This document shows, piece after piece, positions 40,913 to 51,174 of a stretch of DNA of 64,000 bases. Source of the stretch: Chloroflexota bacterium (GTDB lineage: Bacteria > Chloroflexota > Dehalococcoidia > Lucifugimonadales > JADFKI01); contig JAQBUT010000005.1 of NCBI GenBank assembly GCA_027623195.1, positions 78,233-142,232 on the forward strand. The letters run 5' to 3'. Position 1 is the first letter of the stretch; each line of letters starts with the position of its first letter. The position numbers and the translations under genes are program-made. Below the pieces are notes generated by a model that worked only from the letters and a program-made list of their open reading frames with translations, ran no database searches and was not told the DNA's origin.

Positions 40913-41881
40913 ATGAAAGCTATTCAGATAACCGAGACTGGCGGGCCAGAGGTTATGAAGTACGTAGACCTACCAGACCCCACACCTGGGCCCGGACAGG
41001 CCGTGGTGGAGCCCAAGGCCCTGGGCGTAAACTTCACAGACGTATATACCCGTGCCGGCATGAACCCACCGGCATCTCTGCCTGCAGTGATTGGCCTTGA
41101 GGGAGCAGGCGTGGTGACCGCGCTGGGCGACGGGGCAACCGGCGTGGCAATTGGAGACCGAGTTGCGTGGTCCAGCATTCCCCAGTCTTACGCCGAGAAG
41201 GTAGCGGCACCGGCCGACAAGCTAGTGAAGTTGCCTGATAACGTGAGCTTCGAAGATGGCGCCGCTGTCATGCTGCAGGGTATGACCGCGCACTATCTTT
41301 GCCACAGCAGCTATCCCGTCAAGCCAGGCGACACCGCGCTAGTGCATGCGGCTGCCGGAGGCGTAGGACTGATCTTGACGCAGATGATCAAGGCGCTGGG
41401 AGGCACGGTCATCGGCACCGTATCCACCGACGAGAAGGCTGAGTTGGCCAAGAACGCCGGCGCGGACTACGTCATCAAGTACACAGAGCAGGACTTCGAG
41501 GAAGAGGTCGGCAAGATAACCGGTGGCGCAGGAATCGAGGTAGCCTTCGACTCCGTTGGCCTAACTACCTTCGACAAGAGCGTGGCTTGCCTGAAGCACC
41601 GTGGTTATATGGTCCTCTTCGGCGCGTCCAGTGGCCAGGTCCCGCCAGTCCCCATTCCGGTCTTGAACGCCAAGTCGCTTTTCTTGACCAGGCCTGGTCT
41701 TGGGAGCTATCTCCTAAACCGTGAGGAGTTGGAGCAACGAGCAGGCGACGTTCTAGACTGGGTGGCCTCGGGCAAACTCAAGCTGCATATGCACGGAAGC
41801 TTCCCCCTGAGTGAAGTCGCGGAGGCACATCGCCAGTTGGCCGGACGGCTCACGACGGGAAAGCTGCTCCTCATCCCCTAA
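40913..41881 (+). CDS. qor: NADPH:quinone oxidoreductase (zeta-crystallin family)
   Basis: GGPEVM, LQGMTAHYL, HAAAGGVG, TTGKLLLIP. Confidence 0.9.
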   Translation: MKAIQITETGGPEVMKYVDLPDPTPGPGQAVVEPKALGVNFTDVYTRAGMNPPASLPAVIGLEGAGVVTALGDGATGVAIGDRVAWSSIPQSYAEKVAAPADKLVKLPDNVSFEDGAAVMLQGMTAHYLCHSSYPVKPGDTALVHAAAGGVGLILTQMIKALGGTVIGTVSTDEKAELAKNAGADYVIKYTEQDFEEEVGKITGGAGIEVAFDSVGLTTFDKSVACLKHRGYMVLFGASSGQVPPVPIPVLNAKSLFLTRPGLGSYLLNREELEQRAGDVLDWVASGKLKLHMHGSFPLSEVAEAHRQLAGRLTTGKLLLIP

Positions 41882-41901
41882 TAGCGCGGCAGCCACGGAA
41901 A

Positions 41902-42924
41902 ATGGAGCGGCAACACTTGTCTGAATCAAAACCCAGAATCAGGATCGTAGCCACCGGTGGCAGCATCGCGGGGCTCGGTCCTGACCGCCTGGATTACATA
42001 CTGTACCCTGAGGTCGGGGGACACCTGACCATAGAAGAATCCCTTGCTCGCATACCCGAAGCGGGCGACATTGCGGACATTTCCAGCGAGGACATTGTCA
42101 GCGTTGGAAGCACGGCGATAGGACCTGGCGACTGGCTCAGCCTCGCCAATCGGATCAACAAACTGTTCGCTGAGGATTCGGAGCTTGCGGGTATCGTCGT
42201 CACCCACGGCACGGCAACGCTGGAGGAGACGGCCTACTTCCTGCACCTCACGGTGAAGTCCACCAGGCCAGTGGTAATCACCGGCGCGATGCGTCCGCCC
42301 ACGGCCCTGGGCACCGATGCGGACCTTAACCTGATGGACGCGATACGACTGGCGTCCAGTCCGAACGCGGCGGGCCTGGGCGTTCTGACCGTGCTCAACA
42401 ACGAGGTCCACTGCGCCAGGGATGTCACCAAGTCCAACACCTACAGAGTGGATACCTTCCGGCCCAACGAGTTGGGTTTCTTGGGATACGTGGACTCTGA
42501 CGGCCAGGTGATGATTTACCGCAAGCCAACGCGAGCACACACCGTGGAGACTCCCTTCGACGTCAGCGGTCGAGAGACGTTGCCAAGGATCGATATCATA
42601 TATGCCTACGCGGGCGCCGACGGCATGCTCGTAGATGCTGCAAGGAACGGAGGCAGCGAGGGGCTGATTCTGGCTGGATTTGGCGGAGGCACCTTCCCGC
42701 CCGCATTCTTGGAGGCCGGCGTTCGAACCGCAAATCAGGGCCTCCCCGTGGTCCTGGCTTCCCGATCAACGGCGGGTCGAGTTATCTTGACGCCCAGAAA
42801 GGCCGAGCGTGGCTTTATCGTCAGTGACAACCTGCCGCCACAGAAAGCCCGCATTCTGCTTATGCTTGGCCTCACTGTCACCGAAAGTAAGGGCGAAATC
42901 CAGGACTTTTTCTACCAACACTAA
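41902..42924 (+). CDS. Asparaginase/glutaminase-family amidohydrolase with variant active site
   Basis: ATGGSIAG, HGTATLEETAY, TGAMRP, VTKSNT, PQKARILL. Confidence 0.85.
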   Translation: MERQHLSESKPRIRIVATGGSIAGLGPDRLDYILYPEVGGHLTIEESLARIPEAGDIADISSEDIVSVGSTAIGPGDWLSLANRINKLFAEDSELAGIVVTHGTATLEETAYFLHLTVKSTRPVVITGAMRPPTALGTDADLNLMDAIRLASSPNAAGLGVLTVLNNEVHCARDVTKSNTYRVDTFRPNELGFLGYVDSDGQVMIYRKPTRAHTVETPFDVSGRETLPRIDIIYAYAGADGMLVDAARNGGSEGLILAGFGGGTFPPAFLEAGVRTANQGLPVVLASRSTAGRVILTPRKAERGFIVSDNLPPQKARILLMLGLTVTESKGEIQDFFYQH

Positions 42925-42969
42925 CCCCCGGCATTCCGCCTTCACATACAAGAAAACAGGAGTTTGGAA

Positions 42970-43488
42970 ATGAACGTATACGACTGCATCCGAACCCGCC
43001 GAACGGTGCGAAACTTCAAGCCCGACCCGGTGCCGCCGGAGCTGATCCACCGATTGCTGGAGGTTGCGCGATGGTCACCCACGTCCAGCAACACGCAATC
43101 CTGGCATTTTGTCGTGGTCACCGAGCCTGAAACTATAAAGAGACTAGGTGAGATAGCCACTCAAGGACCATTCATCGGGGATGCTCCGCTGGCCATCGCT
43201 GTGGTCATGGAAGAGACCAATCGCCCGGCCCTGGACGCCGGTAGGGCCATACAGCAAATGGAACTGCTGGCCTGGTCAGAGGGATTAGGCACCTGCTTTG
43301 TGGGCTTCCGGGACCTGTCCCAGCAGGTGGCGGTCAAGGAACTGCTGGAGATTCCTCCGAAGATGGACCTAATAACCGTCCTGCCCTTCGGCTACCGTGG
43401 CGAAAGGCCCAAGGGTACGGGCGTGCCCCGCAAGCCCATGTCGGAAATGGCGCACCAGGGTAAATTCGGCGTGCCATATCCCGGATAG
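42970..43488 (+). CDS. Nitroreductase family protein
   Basis: TRRTVRNF, SPTSSNTQSWHFVVV, EGLGTC. Confidence 0.88.
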   Translation: MNVYDCIRTRRTVRNFKPDPVPPELIHRLLEVARWSPTSSNTQSWHFVVVTEPETIKRLGEIATQGPFIGDAPLAIAVVMEETNRPALDAGRAIQQMELLAWSEGLGTCFVGFRDLSQQVAVKELLEIPPKMDLITVLPFGYRGERPKGTGVPRKPMSEMAHQGKFGVPYPG

Positions 43489-43631
43489 TATGCGCCCATT
43501 GCCTGTTGGATGGGGTCGGCCTCAACCCCTGGGGTGAGGTTGCCTCCATAAGGGGCTAAGTCTATAATGCCGACAAAGTCGTGGTCACGTGGACGGCTGC
43601 AGCTTCGGAGAACAACAAGAGGTGGACAATC

Positions 43632-44801
43632 ATGGCTTTGCCAGAGCGAATGAAATTCGGAATCTTCCTGGGGCCTTTTCATCGCGTCGGGGAGAACCCA
43701 ACGCTGGCCATAGACCGCGACTTGGAGTTGGTCCAGTGGTTGGACTACCTGGGATACGACGAGGCCTGGATAGGCGAGCACCACAGCGCCGGTTGGGAAA
43801 CCATCTCATCACCAGAACTCTTTATGGCCGTGGCCGCTGACCGCACCAAGCACATAAAGCTGGGCACCGGCGTTCTGAGCCTGCCCTATCATCACCCATT
43901 GATGGCGGCCAACCGCATGGTACAGCTAGACCACATGACTCACGGCCGTGTGATGTTGGGCGTTGGCCCTGGCGCTCTGCCCGGCGACGCTTACATGCTG
44001 GGCATCGACCCCACCACGCAGCGCGAGAAGATGGACGAGGCCTTGGGAGTCATCTTACGCCTGTTCACCGAGACAGAGCCCATCACCTACAAGAGCGACT
44101 GGTTCGAGTTAAACGAGGCCATGCTTCAGCTAAGGCCCTACCAGAAGCCTCATATGCCAATCGCTGTGGCGGCCGTGCAAACCCCTGCGGGAGTGGCGCT
44201 GGCTGGCAAGCACGGGGCGTGGGTGCTGACGATTACTGTGCCACGAGACCCTTCCAGCGGACCCTCCAATTTGAAGGGCCTGTGGGACATAGCAGAGGAG
44301 TCGGCTTTGGAACATGGAAAGACCATGGACCGCAACGAGTGGCGGCTGACCATCCCGGTGCACTTGGCCGATACTCGCGAGCAGGCCTTCGAGGATGCGC
44401 GATTGGGAGCAGGCCGGTTCCTGCGTGAGTATTCCGAGGGAACAAACGGGCGCAAGGCAGGCTACGACGGACCTCTGGAGAGCGTCATTGACGCGATGGC
44501 GGAAAACGGCTCCTGGATAATCGGCACCCCCGACGACTGCATAGAGGCCATCAACAAGCTGGACGAGCAGAGCGGTGGGTTCGGCGGGTTCCTGGTGCAG
44601 GCCGTGGACTGGGCGCCCAGGGAGAAGCTCCTCCATAGCTTTGAGTTGCTGGCACGCTACGTAATGCCCCAATTCCAAGGGTCTACGGCGGGTCTAGCCG
44701 CATCAAATAGCTGGGCCACAGGCAGACAGCAGGAACTTGTCGATGGAAGAGTACGCGCTCTGGACCGGGCCAAGCAGGTCTACGCCGACAGGCCCAGGTA
44801 G
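43632..44801 (+). CDS. LLM-class monooxygenase (limonene 1,2-monooxygenase-like)
   Basis: FGIFLGPFH, EAWIGEHHSAGWE, LPYHHP, GVGPGALPGD. Confidence 0.9.
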   Translation: MALPERMKFGIFLGPFHRVGENPTLAIDRDLELVQWLDYLGYDEAWIGEHHSAGWETISSPELFMAVAADRTKHIKLGTGVLSLPYHHPLMAANRMVQLDHMTHGRVMLGVGPGALPGDAYMLGIDPTTQREKMDEALGVILRLFTETEPITYKSDWFELNEAMLQLRPYQKPHMPIAVAAVQTPAGVALAGKHGAWVLTITVPRDPSSGPSNLKGLWDIAEESALEHGKTMDRNEWRLTIPVHLADTREQAFEDARLGAGRFLREYSEGTNGRKAGYDGPLESVIDAMAENGSWIIGTPDDCIEAINKLDEQSGGFGGFLVQAVDWAPREKLLHSFELLARYVMPQFQGSTAGLAASNSWATGRQQELVDGRVRALDRAKQVYADRPR

Positions 44802-44815
44802 AGTAGGCAGCTAAC

Positions 44816-45052
44816 ATGGCAAACGCCATAGATATTCCAATCGTCTACACGCTGACGGTCTGCCCAACTTGCGACAGTCTTCGTGAGGCCTGGGCCGAAG
44901 AAGGCGTGGAGTACGAGGAACGCCGTGTCGACCAGAGCCAGGATACCCTGGACGAGGCGTTGGATTACGGCGATACGGTGCCCATCATCGTGCACCCCGA
45001 CGGTCGCGTGGAGGTAGGCTTCGGCGGTCGCACGGGTTGAGAGATCGGCTAA
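44816..45052 (+). CDS. Glutaredoxin-like protein, probable C-terminal selenocysteine (TGA 45038-45040)
   Basis: CPTC, TVP and VGFGG motifs, then GRTG-TGA-E-I-G-TAA with a hairpin right after TGA. Confidence 0.75.
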
Positions 45053-45109
45053 CGAGCCGTTGGCTCTTTTACACCAGAACATCAACGAAACCAGATAGAG
45101 GCCGCCAAG

Positions 45110-45727
45110 TTGCTAACACGCGAAAAGTTCGAACAGGGCATGAAGCCGCAGCAGTACATCGACCAGATCAAGGTCAACAAGCAGCCATTTATCGATATCC
45201 ACGACGCAGTGGAGGTCCCTACAGGCGTCTTGCAGCAGTTCGACGGCTTGTCCGAACCACTGAATCTGACTATCTTCACGGCGGACTGGTGCGGCGATGC
45301 CATGAGCACTACGCCAGCAATCCTCAAGCTGGCAGAAAGCACCAAGGGCCTTATGGTGAACGTTTTCAACAGAGACGACGAGCTTGAGTTGAGCAACAGC
45401 TTCCTGCCAGAGAACCGACAGGGCACGGTCCCCGTCTTCGTGGTCTGCGACTCCTCTATGAGCGTAGTGGCGAAGTTTATCGAGACCGCGTTCGAACTGG
45501 TGCCGGATATCGACGCAATGGACGGCAATATAGACCGGGAACTTGAGAATGAGCCCGAGGACAGCGCCAGGCGTCTGCGTCGAGGCAAGCGCACCGAATA
45601 CAGGGTCACCCACGCCCGCCAGTGGGGAGAGGTAATTCTGAAGTCCTTCGCCAACACGGTAGCCGACGGCCTGTCCCGTTCCCCAGAGCAGCGTCCCGCC
45701 ATCGGCGGCACCAAGTGGCCGCCATAG
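45110..45727 (+). CDS. Thioredoxin-family protein (WCGD motif)
   Basis: TADWCGDA and TVPVF cis-Pro loop. Confidence 0.8.
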   Translation: MLTREKFEQGMKPQQYIDQIKVNKQPFIDIHDAVEVPTGVLQQFDGLSEPLNLTIFTADWCGDAMSTTPAILKLAESTKGLMVNVFNRDDELELSNSFLPENRQGTVPVFVVCDSSMSVVAKFIETAFELVPDIDAMDGNIDRELENEPEDSARRLRRGKRTEYRVTHARQWGEVILKSFANTVADGLSRSPEQRPAIGGTKWPP

Positions 45728-45872
45728 GGTTAGCCGCCACGCTCACGCCCTAGTTACCCGTACTGTAGGTACCATACTCTACCCGTAAGACTGGTTATGC
45801 CAGCAACCCATCCAAGAGCCTTTCGCTGGAAGCAGGCATAGGATACACTTGCCTTCATTCCTGGAGGTTTTC

Positions 45873-47087
45873 ATGCAAGAGCAAGCCCTGTCCGACGTGC
45901 GGGTCCTCGACTTCACCCAATACGTAGCGGGACCCTACTGCACCAAGCTGCTGGCGGACTACGGCGCGGATGTCATCAAGGTTGAGCGTCCAAAGGCTGG
46001 CGATGGCGCGCGTCGAATGGGCCCCTTCCCCAAAGACGAGCCGCACCGAGAAAAGAGCGGCCTCTTTCTACACCTGAACACAAACAAGCGCAGCCTCGCC
46101 CTTGATCTGAAAAGTAACAAGGCTCGAGACATCGCCCTGCGACTGGTAGAGGACGCGGACATCGTCGTGGAAAGTTTTAGGCCGGGGACTATGAAGCGGC
46201 TAGGGCTGGACTACGAATCGCTGAAGTCCGTCAAGCCCGATCTCGTATATGCCTCCGTCTCCAACTTCGGCCAGACCGGTCCCTATAAGGATTACATGTT
46301 GTCGGACGTGATGGCCTACGGCATGGGTGGCGAGATGTACTCTACTGGCCTTGAGGCACGGGAACCGCTGAAGCTAGGCGAGAACGTGGTGCTTTACCAG
46401 GCAGGCGCAGTGGCGTCGGTTGCGACCATGGGCGCTCTCTTCGCCTCGCGGCTACAGGGCATTGGGCAGCATGTAGACGTATCCATAATGGAGACGCAGG
46501 TGGGCACCATAGACCGGCGCATGAGCATGCTTCTGGCCTACCAGTACAACGGCGAAATATCCAAGCGCAACGCGGTTGTGACAGGGAATGGCTACCCGTC
46601 AGGTGTGTATTTGTGCGCGGACGGCTACATCCAGATCAATGGCGGAGGAGGCTACTTCAAGCGGGTGGTGGATATGATGGGCCAGCCGGCTGAGCTTGAC
46701 GATCCGACCTGGTACGAGCCGGAGTCGCAGTACAATTCCGACCTTGCCCTAATATTTCACGAATACTTCATACCCTGGTGCCTGGAGCGCACAAAAGAGG
46801 AGATCTGGGCTGCCGGACAACAATCCAGAGTCCTGTGCGCGCCCCTCAACACCATCGAAGAACTGGTGGAAGACCAGCACTTCAACGAGCGCAGGGCCTT
46901 TGCCGATATCGAGCACCCGGAGGCTGGCCGCCTGCTGTACCCCGGCAGGCCGTTCGTCATGAGTGAGTCACCGTGGTCTATCCGAAGGCCGGCACCGCTG
47001 CTTGGGCAGCACACCGTCGAGATTCTAGGCAGCATCGACTATGACGAGAAACGCGTAAGACAACTGCGACGGGAGGGCGTGGTCTAA
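45873..47087 (+). CDS. Class III CoA-transferase (CaiB/BaiF), subunit lacking the catalytic Asp
   Basis: LADYGADVIKVE, NTNKRS, ESFRPG, NFGQTGPY, PAPLLGQHT. Confidence 0.9.
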   Translation: MQEQALSDVRVLDFTQYVAGPYCTKLLADYGADVIKVERPKAGDGARRMGPFPKDEPHREKSGLFLHLNTNKRSLALDLKSNKARDIALRLVEDADIVVESFRPGTMKRLGLDYESLKSVKPDLVYASVSNFGQTGPYKDYMLSDVMAYGMGGEMYSTGLEAREPLKLGENVVLYQAGAVASVATMGALFASRLQGIGQHVDVSIMETQVGTIDRRMSMLLAYQYNGEISKRNAVVTGNGYPSGVYLCADGYIQINGGGGYFKRVVDMMGQPAELDDPTWYEPESQYNSDLALIFHEYFIPWCLERTKEEIWAAGQQSRVLCAPLNTIEELVEDQHFNERRAFADIEHPEAGRLLYPGRPFVMSESPWSIRRPAPLLGQHTVEILGSIDYDEKRVRQLRREGVV

Positions 47088-48385
47088 TGGCCAAGCTTCC
47101 TCTGGAAGGCCTCCGAATCCTCGACATGACGGTGGTGTGGGCCGGAACCTACTGCACCACGCTTCTGGCAGACCTGGGCGCGGAGGTAATTCGCATAGAG
47201 TCGATTCAGACCATGCAACCCATAACTCGCGGTTCGATGGCCCATCCCTCAAAGACCGTTATCGAAGGAATGCAGCCTTTCGTGGCAGCCATGCCAGATC
47301 GGGAACCCGGCCAGCGCCCATGGAACCGCTACCCCCTCTTCAACGCCCACGCGCGCAACAAGCTTAGCATGACAGTCGACCTCCTACGCCCCGAAGGGAT
47401 GGATATCTTTAAGAAGCTGGTAAAAATCAGCGACGGTTTCGTGGAGAATAACGTTACGGAGACTATGGACAAGCTAGGGATATCCTACGAGACGCTCCAA
47501 GAGCAGAATCCGAAGCTAATCATGTTACGCATGCCTGCATACGGCAACAGCGGACCGTACAGCAACTACCGCTCGTTGGGCGTACACATGGAGGGCGTTA
47601 TCGGCCACACGTTGCTGAGAGGTTACGCGGACAGGGACCCCTCAGGCAACACAAACGTGTATGCGGCTGATGCGGCAGGAGGCGTGCAGGGAGCATTCGC
47701 GGTGATGGCTGCGCTTCACTACCGCAACCGCACCGGCAAAGGACAGCTAATCGAGCTTGCTCAGGCCGAGAACATGGTGCCTTACATGGGGCAGTTCTTC
47801 ATGGACTATTCAATGAACGGCCGCAAGCACTCCACCATCGGCAACCGGCACTCCACAGCAATTCAGGGCTGTTACCAGTGCAAGGGCGACGACCGCTGGG
47901 TGAACATCACCATATCCACCGACGAGCAGTGGCAGGCGTTCACGAAGGTCGCCGGTCTGGGGCGCTTCGTGAACGACGATAGGTTTGCCACCGTCGATTC
48001 TCGCCGCGCCCACCACGAAGAGATCGACGGTTACATTACGCAGTGGACTCTCGAGCTTGACCACTACGAGGTCATGGAAGCGCTGCAACGGGTGGGCATC
48101 GCAGCCGGCCCTGTCATGGACCAGCGAGACGCCTTTAACGATCCGCACCTTCAGGCACGCGGTATTTTCGAGGAGGCCTCACAGGAGGACGTGGGCACTC
48201 ACCTGTATACCGGCGCGCCCTACAAGATGTCGGAGACGCCGATCAAAATCAGGCGCGGGCCGGTGCAGCTAGGACAGGACAACGAGTACGTATACAAGAC
48301 GCTGCTGCAGATGTCGGACGAGGAGTACGCAAGGTTGGAGCGAGAAGGTCACATAGGGATGGATTTTGCCGACCACGTTCCCTAG
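47087..48385 (+). CDS. Class III CoA-transferase (CaiB/BaiF)
   Basis: LADLGAEVIRIE, RNKLS, AYGNSGPY, YAADAAGG; TAATG overlap with the upstream gene. Confidence 0.9.
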   Translation: MAKLPLEGLRILDMTVVWAGTYCTTLLADLGAEVIRIESIQTMQPITRGSMAHPSKTVIEGMQPFVAAMPDREPGQRPWNRYPLFNAHARNKLSMTVDLLRPEGMDIFKKLVKISDGFVENNVTETMDKLGISYETLQEQNPKLIMLRMPAYGNSGPYSNYRSLGVHMEGVIGHTLLRGYADRDPSGNTNVYAADAAGGVQGAFAVMAALHYRNRTGKGQLIELAQAENMVPYMGQFFMDYSMNGRKHSTIGNRHSTAIQGCYQCKGDDRWVNITISTDEQWQAFTKVAGLGRFVNDDRFATVDSRRAHHEEIDGYITQWTLELDHYEVMEALQRVGIAAGPVMDQRDAFNDPHLQARGIFEEASQEDVGTHLYTGAPYKMSETPIKIRRGPVQLGQDNEYVYKTLLQMSDEEYARLEREGHIGMDFADHVP

Positions 48386-48459
48386 TAGTCGGTCTGACAC
48401 TCATCCACGCAGCCGTTCCCCTTATCCCTGTTCCAAGATGCCTGCTGCTTGGCCTTCGA

Positions 48460-49659
48460 CTAAACTATCACGCCGCGCTGACGTAGCTCGGGAAGCTCCT
48501 CTTCAGTCACACCTAACAGCTCTGTGAGAATTTCCTCCGTATGCTGGCTGTAATGGGGAGCGGACTTCACTATCACGGGAGACTTCTCCAGCTTAATCGG
48601 GCAGCCAATCATCTGGTAGTCGCCGCGTACACTGTCCGGCACGTTGACCACCATCTCCCGCGCGATAAGGTGCTCGTTGGTCAGGACCTCCTCGGGCGTT
48701 ACGACCGCGCCACACCATATGCCAAAAGGCGCCAGATGCTCAAAGGCCTCGAACTTGTCACGTTGCGAAGTCCAGGAATTTATCAATTCCTCCACCTCGT
48801 CGGGGTGCTGCTCGCGTGTCTCATCCGTAATGAAGCGTTCGTCCTCCAAAATATCTTCGCGCCCGATGGCAATCATCAGCGTCTCGAAGGCCTGCCCCCT
48901 GTTGTGGATCATTATGTAGTCGTCTGAGCCGCCAGGAGCGCATTTGTAGACGCTAGGAATGCCGTTGGCTCCCTTATATCCGGTACGCACGTTAGGGCCG
49001 CCGACGCTAATGCTGCGGATGAGCCGATACCGCATCAGGTTTACGATGCCATCCTGCATGGATACCTCGACGTGCTGACCCTCCCCAGTGTCGTTACGCT
49101 GATGTAGGGCCGCCAGGATGCCGATAGCCGTGTGCAGGCCGGTGCCAGAGTCTCCTACGCCAACGGGGGTTGCCATAGGCGGTCTATCAGGGTATCCATT
49201 GGCCGCAATGGCCCCGGAAGAAGCCTGAGCCGCCAGCTCGAAGCTCTTGAAGCCGCTCCATCGGCCATACTCCCCAAATCCCTTAATACTGGCATGCACC
49301 ACCCTGGGATTGATCTCTCTAAGCTTTTCGTAGCCGAACCCCAGACGTTCCATCACGCCTTTCGAGAAATTCTCCAGTACCACGTCGGCCCACTGAACGA
49401 GCTTGGTGAAAAGCTCTCTGCCTTTGTCATCCTTGAGGTTAAGGGTTATGGCTCGCTTGTTGTTATTGAAAATAGTGAAGTAGACGCTGTCGACACCATC
49501 CTGGTGTGCCTGTTCCCATCGGGTGTTGTCCCCGCCGGCTGTGTCTTCGAGCTTTATGACGTCAGCCCCCAGCCACGCCAAAAGCTGGCCGCAAGAGGGA
49601 CCCGCCTGAACTCGGCTCATGTCCAAGATTTTGAATTTGCCTAATGCTTGTCCTGTCAT
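48460..49659 (-). CDS. Class III CoA-transferase, formyl-CoA transferase-like
   Basis: VQAGPSC..LLAWLGADVIKLE, SIKGFG, GDSGTGLH. Confidence 0.88.
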   Translation of the reverse strand: MTGQALGKFKILDMSRVQAGPSCGQLLAWLGADVIKLEDTAGGDNTRWEQAHQDGVDSVYFTIFNNNKRAITLNLKDDKGRELFTKLVQWADVVLENFSKGVMERLGFGYEKLREINPRVVHASIKGFGEYGRWSGFKSFELAAQASSGAIAANGYPDRPPMATPVGVGDSGTGLHTAIGILAALHQRNDTGEGQHVEVSMQDGIVNLMRYRLIRSISVGGPNVRTGYKGANGIPSVYKCAPGGSDDYIMIHNRGQAFETLMIAIGREDILEDERFITDETREQHPDEVEELINSWTSQRDKFEAFEHLAPFGIWCGAVVTPEEVLTNEHLIAREMVVNVPDSVRGDYQMIGCPIKLEKSPVIVKSAPHYSQHTEEILTELLGVTEEELPELRQRGVIV

Positions 49660-49741
49660 ACCTTATTCTCCCCACAGAGTACTATATTCTTGTCAATAAC
49701 CGGTTTCCTGTATGAGGCGACTGATGCTCACATATAGGAAT

Positions 49742-50902
49742 CTAGTCCTTGACTCCCCGCCTCTCCAGCGTGTCCTCGTTTAACTCCAGGCCCCAGCCAG
49801 GTCGGTCCAACAACGTCATCTGGCTGTTGACGATCTCCGGCCTCACCGTGAATAGTTCCTCCCAGATAGGGTCCCGGGCGGCATCAGGGAAGGTCTCTAG
49901 GATCTCACCGTTGGGCATGGCGGCAACGACATGACCGTGTATCTGAGGGTCGTGATGCAACGCCAGCTTAACGTTCTCTATGGCGCACATGCCTGCAATC
50001 TTCAGCACCTCTGTGACGCCTGCCGAGCGGGTGCCATCAAACTGCATGACCTTGATACCGCTGCGCAGGACAAGATCTCTGGCATCCCAACGATGTAGCG
50101 CCTGCTCACCAGAGGCTATGGGAATCGTTGTAGACTCGGCCACCTGCCGCAGGCCTTCCACATTGTCATACCAGTGCACTGGCTCCTCCAGCCAGCGTAT
50201 GTTCAATGGCTCGAAGGCCCTGGCTGCCGTGATGGCCGTCTGCACATCGTGGCCTTCGTTCACGTCTAGCATGATGTCGATATCCGGCCCCAGTGACGCG
50301 CGGACCGCAGATACTCTCTCAACGTCATCCTGCCAGGGGACGCCACCGATCTTGAGCTTTATAGCATTGTAACCCATGTCGACGTAGGATTTGCACTCCA
50401 CCACCAGGTCATCAATGGTCTTCCCGTCCTGGTAGTAGCCGCCTGTCACGTAGCAGGGTACGGTGTTTCTGTAGCCGCCCAGTAGCTTATAAACAGGCAT
50501 GTTGGCCGCCTTGCCTTTGATGTCCCACAAGGCGATGTCCACACCTGCGATGGCAGCCATGAATTGCTGACGGGTGAATCCCGCTCCGGCCCAGTCCTTC
50601 CTGTAAGTGAGGGAGAACATCTTCTGCCAGAGTCGTTCGTTATCCAGAGGGTCTTCGCCAATAAGCATGGGTTTGATTAGGTCGGATATTACGGAGGCAG
50701 CCCCAGACATATGCGGCGTGCCCTCGGAGTCGGTGTAGTGCATGGAGCCTCCGTGAGACTCACCGATTCCCACAATGCCCTCGTCGGTGTGGACCCGAAC
50801 CACCAACTCGCTAACCTGTCCAACACGGTTGATGGATGTCCAGAAAGGCCGTTCGAAGTTTGGCCATATAAGCAGGATGCGTTCAATGTCTATAATTTTC
50901 AT
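49742..50902 (-). CDS. Mandelate racemase/muconate lactonizing enzyme family
   Basis: DIALWDIKGK, KLK, DVN, WLEEP, GE and PGWG motifs. Confidence 0.9.
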   Translation of the reverse strand: MKIIDIERILLIWPNFERPFWTSINRVGQVSELVVRVHTDEGIVGIGESHGGSMHYTDSEGTPHMSGAASVISDLIKPMLIGEDPLDNERLWQKMFSLTYRKDWAGAGFTRQQFMAAIAGVDIALWDIKGKAANMPVYKLLGGYRNTVPCYVTGGYYQDGKTIDDLVVECKSYVDMGYNAIKLKIGGVPWQDDVERVSAVRASLGPDIDIMLDVNEGHDVQTAITAARAFEPLNIRWLEEPVHWYDNVEGLRQVAESTTIPIASGEQALHRWDARDLVLRSGIKVMQFDGTRSAGVTEVLKIAGMCAIENVKLALHHDPQIHGHVVAAMPNGEILETFPDAARDPIWEELFTVRPEIVNSQMTLLDRPGWGLELNEDTLERRGVKD

Positions 50903-51174
50903 TCATCATACCCAGTTGACCGCAAAAGGTTCCCATTCGCGGATGAACTTCTGTGTGGCCAGAAACGTAGCAGCAACCCGGGTCGTCGTCAACTGCAACG
51001 GTGGAACTGGGTATGAGAAGGAACAGACTGGACAAGCAAGTCTCGCCTTGGCTGTTGGGGCAGACCTGTTTTAGTAGGAACCAGGCAGGTTATGGGGGCT
51101 TTCCATATGCTTCGCGTCTGGCCAATCCGGTGGCCAGACCCAATGAGAGCTTTTAGGGGATTGTAGGAGACCGA

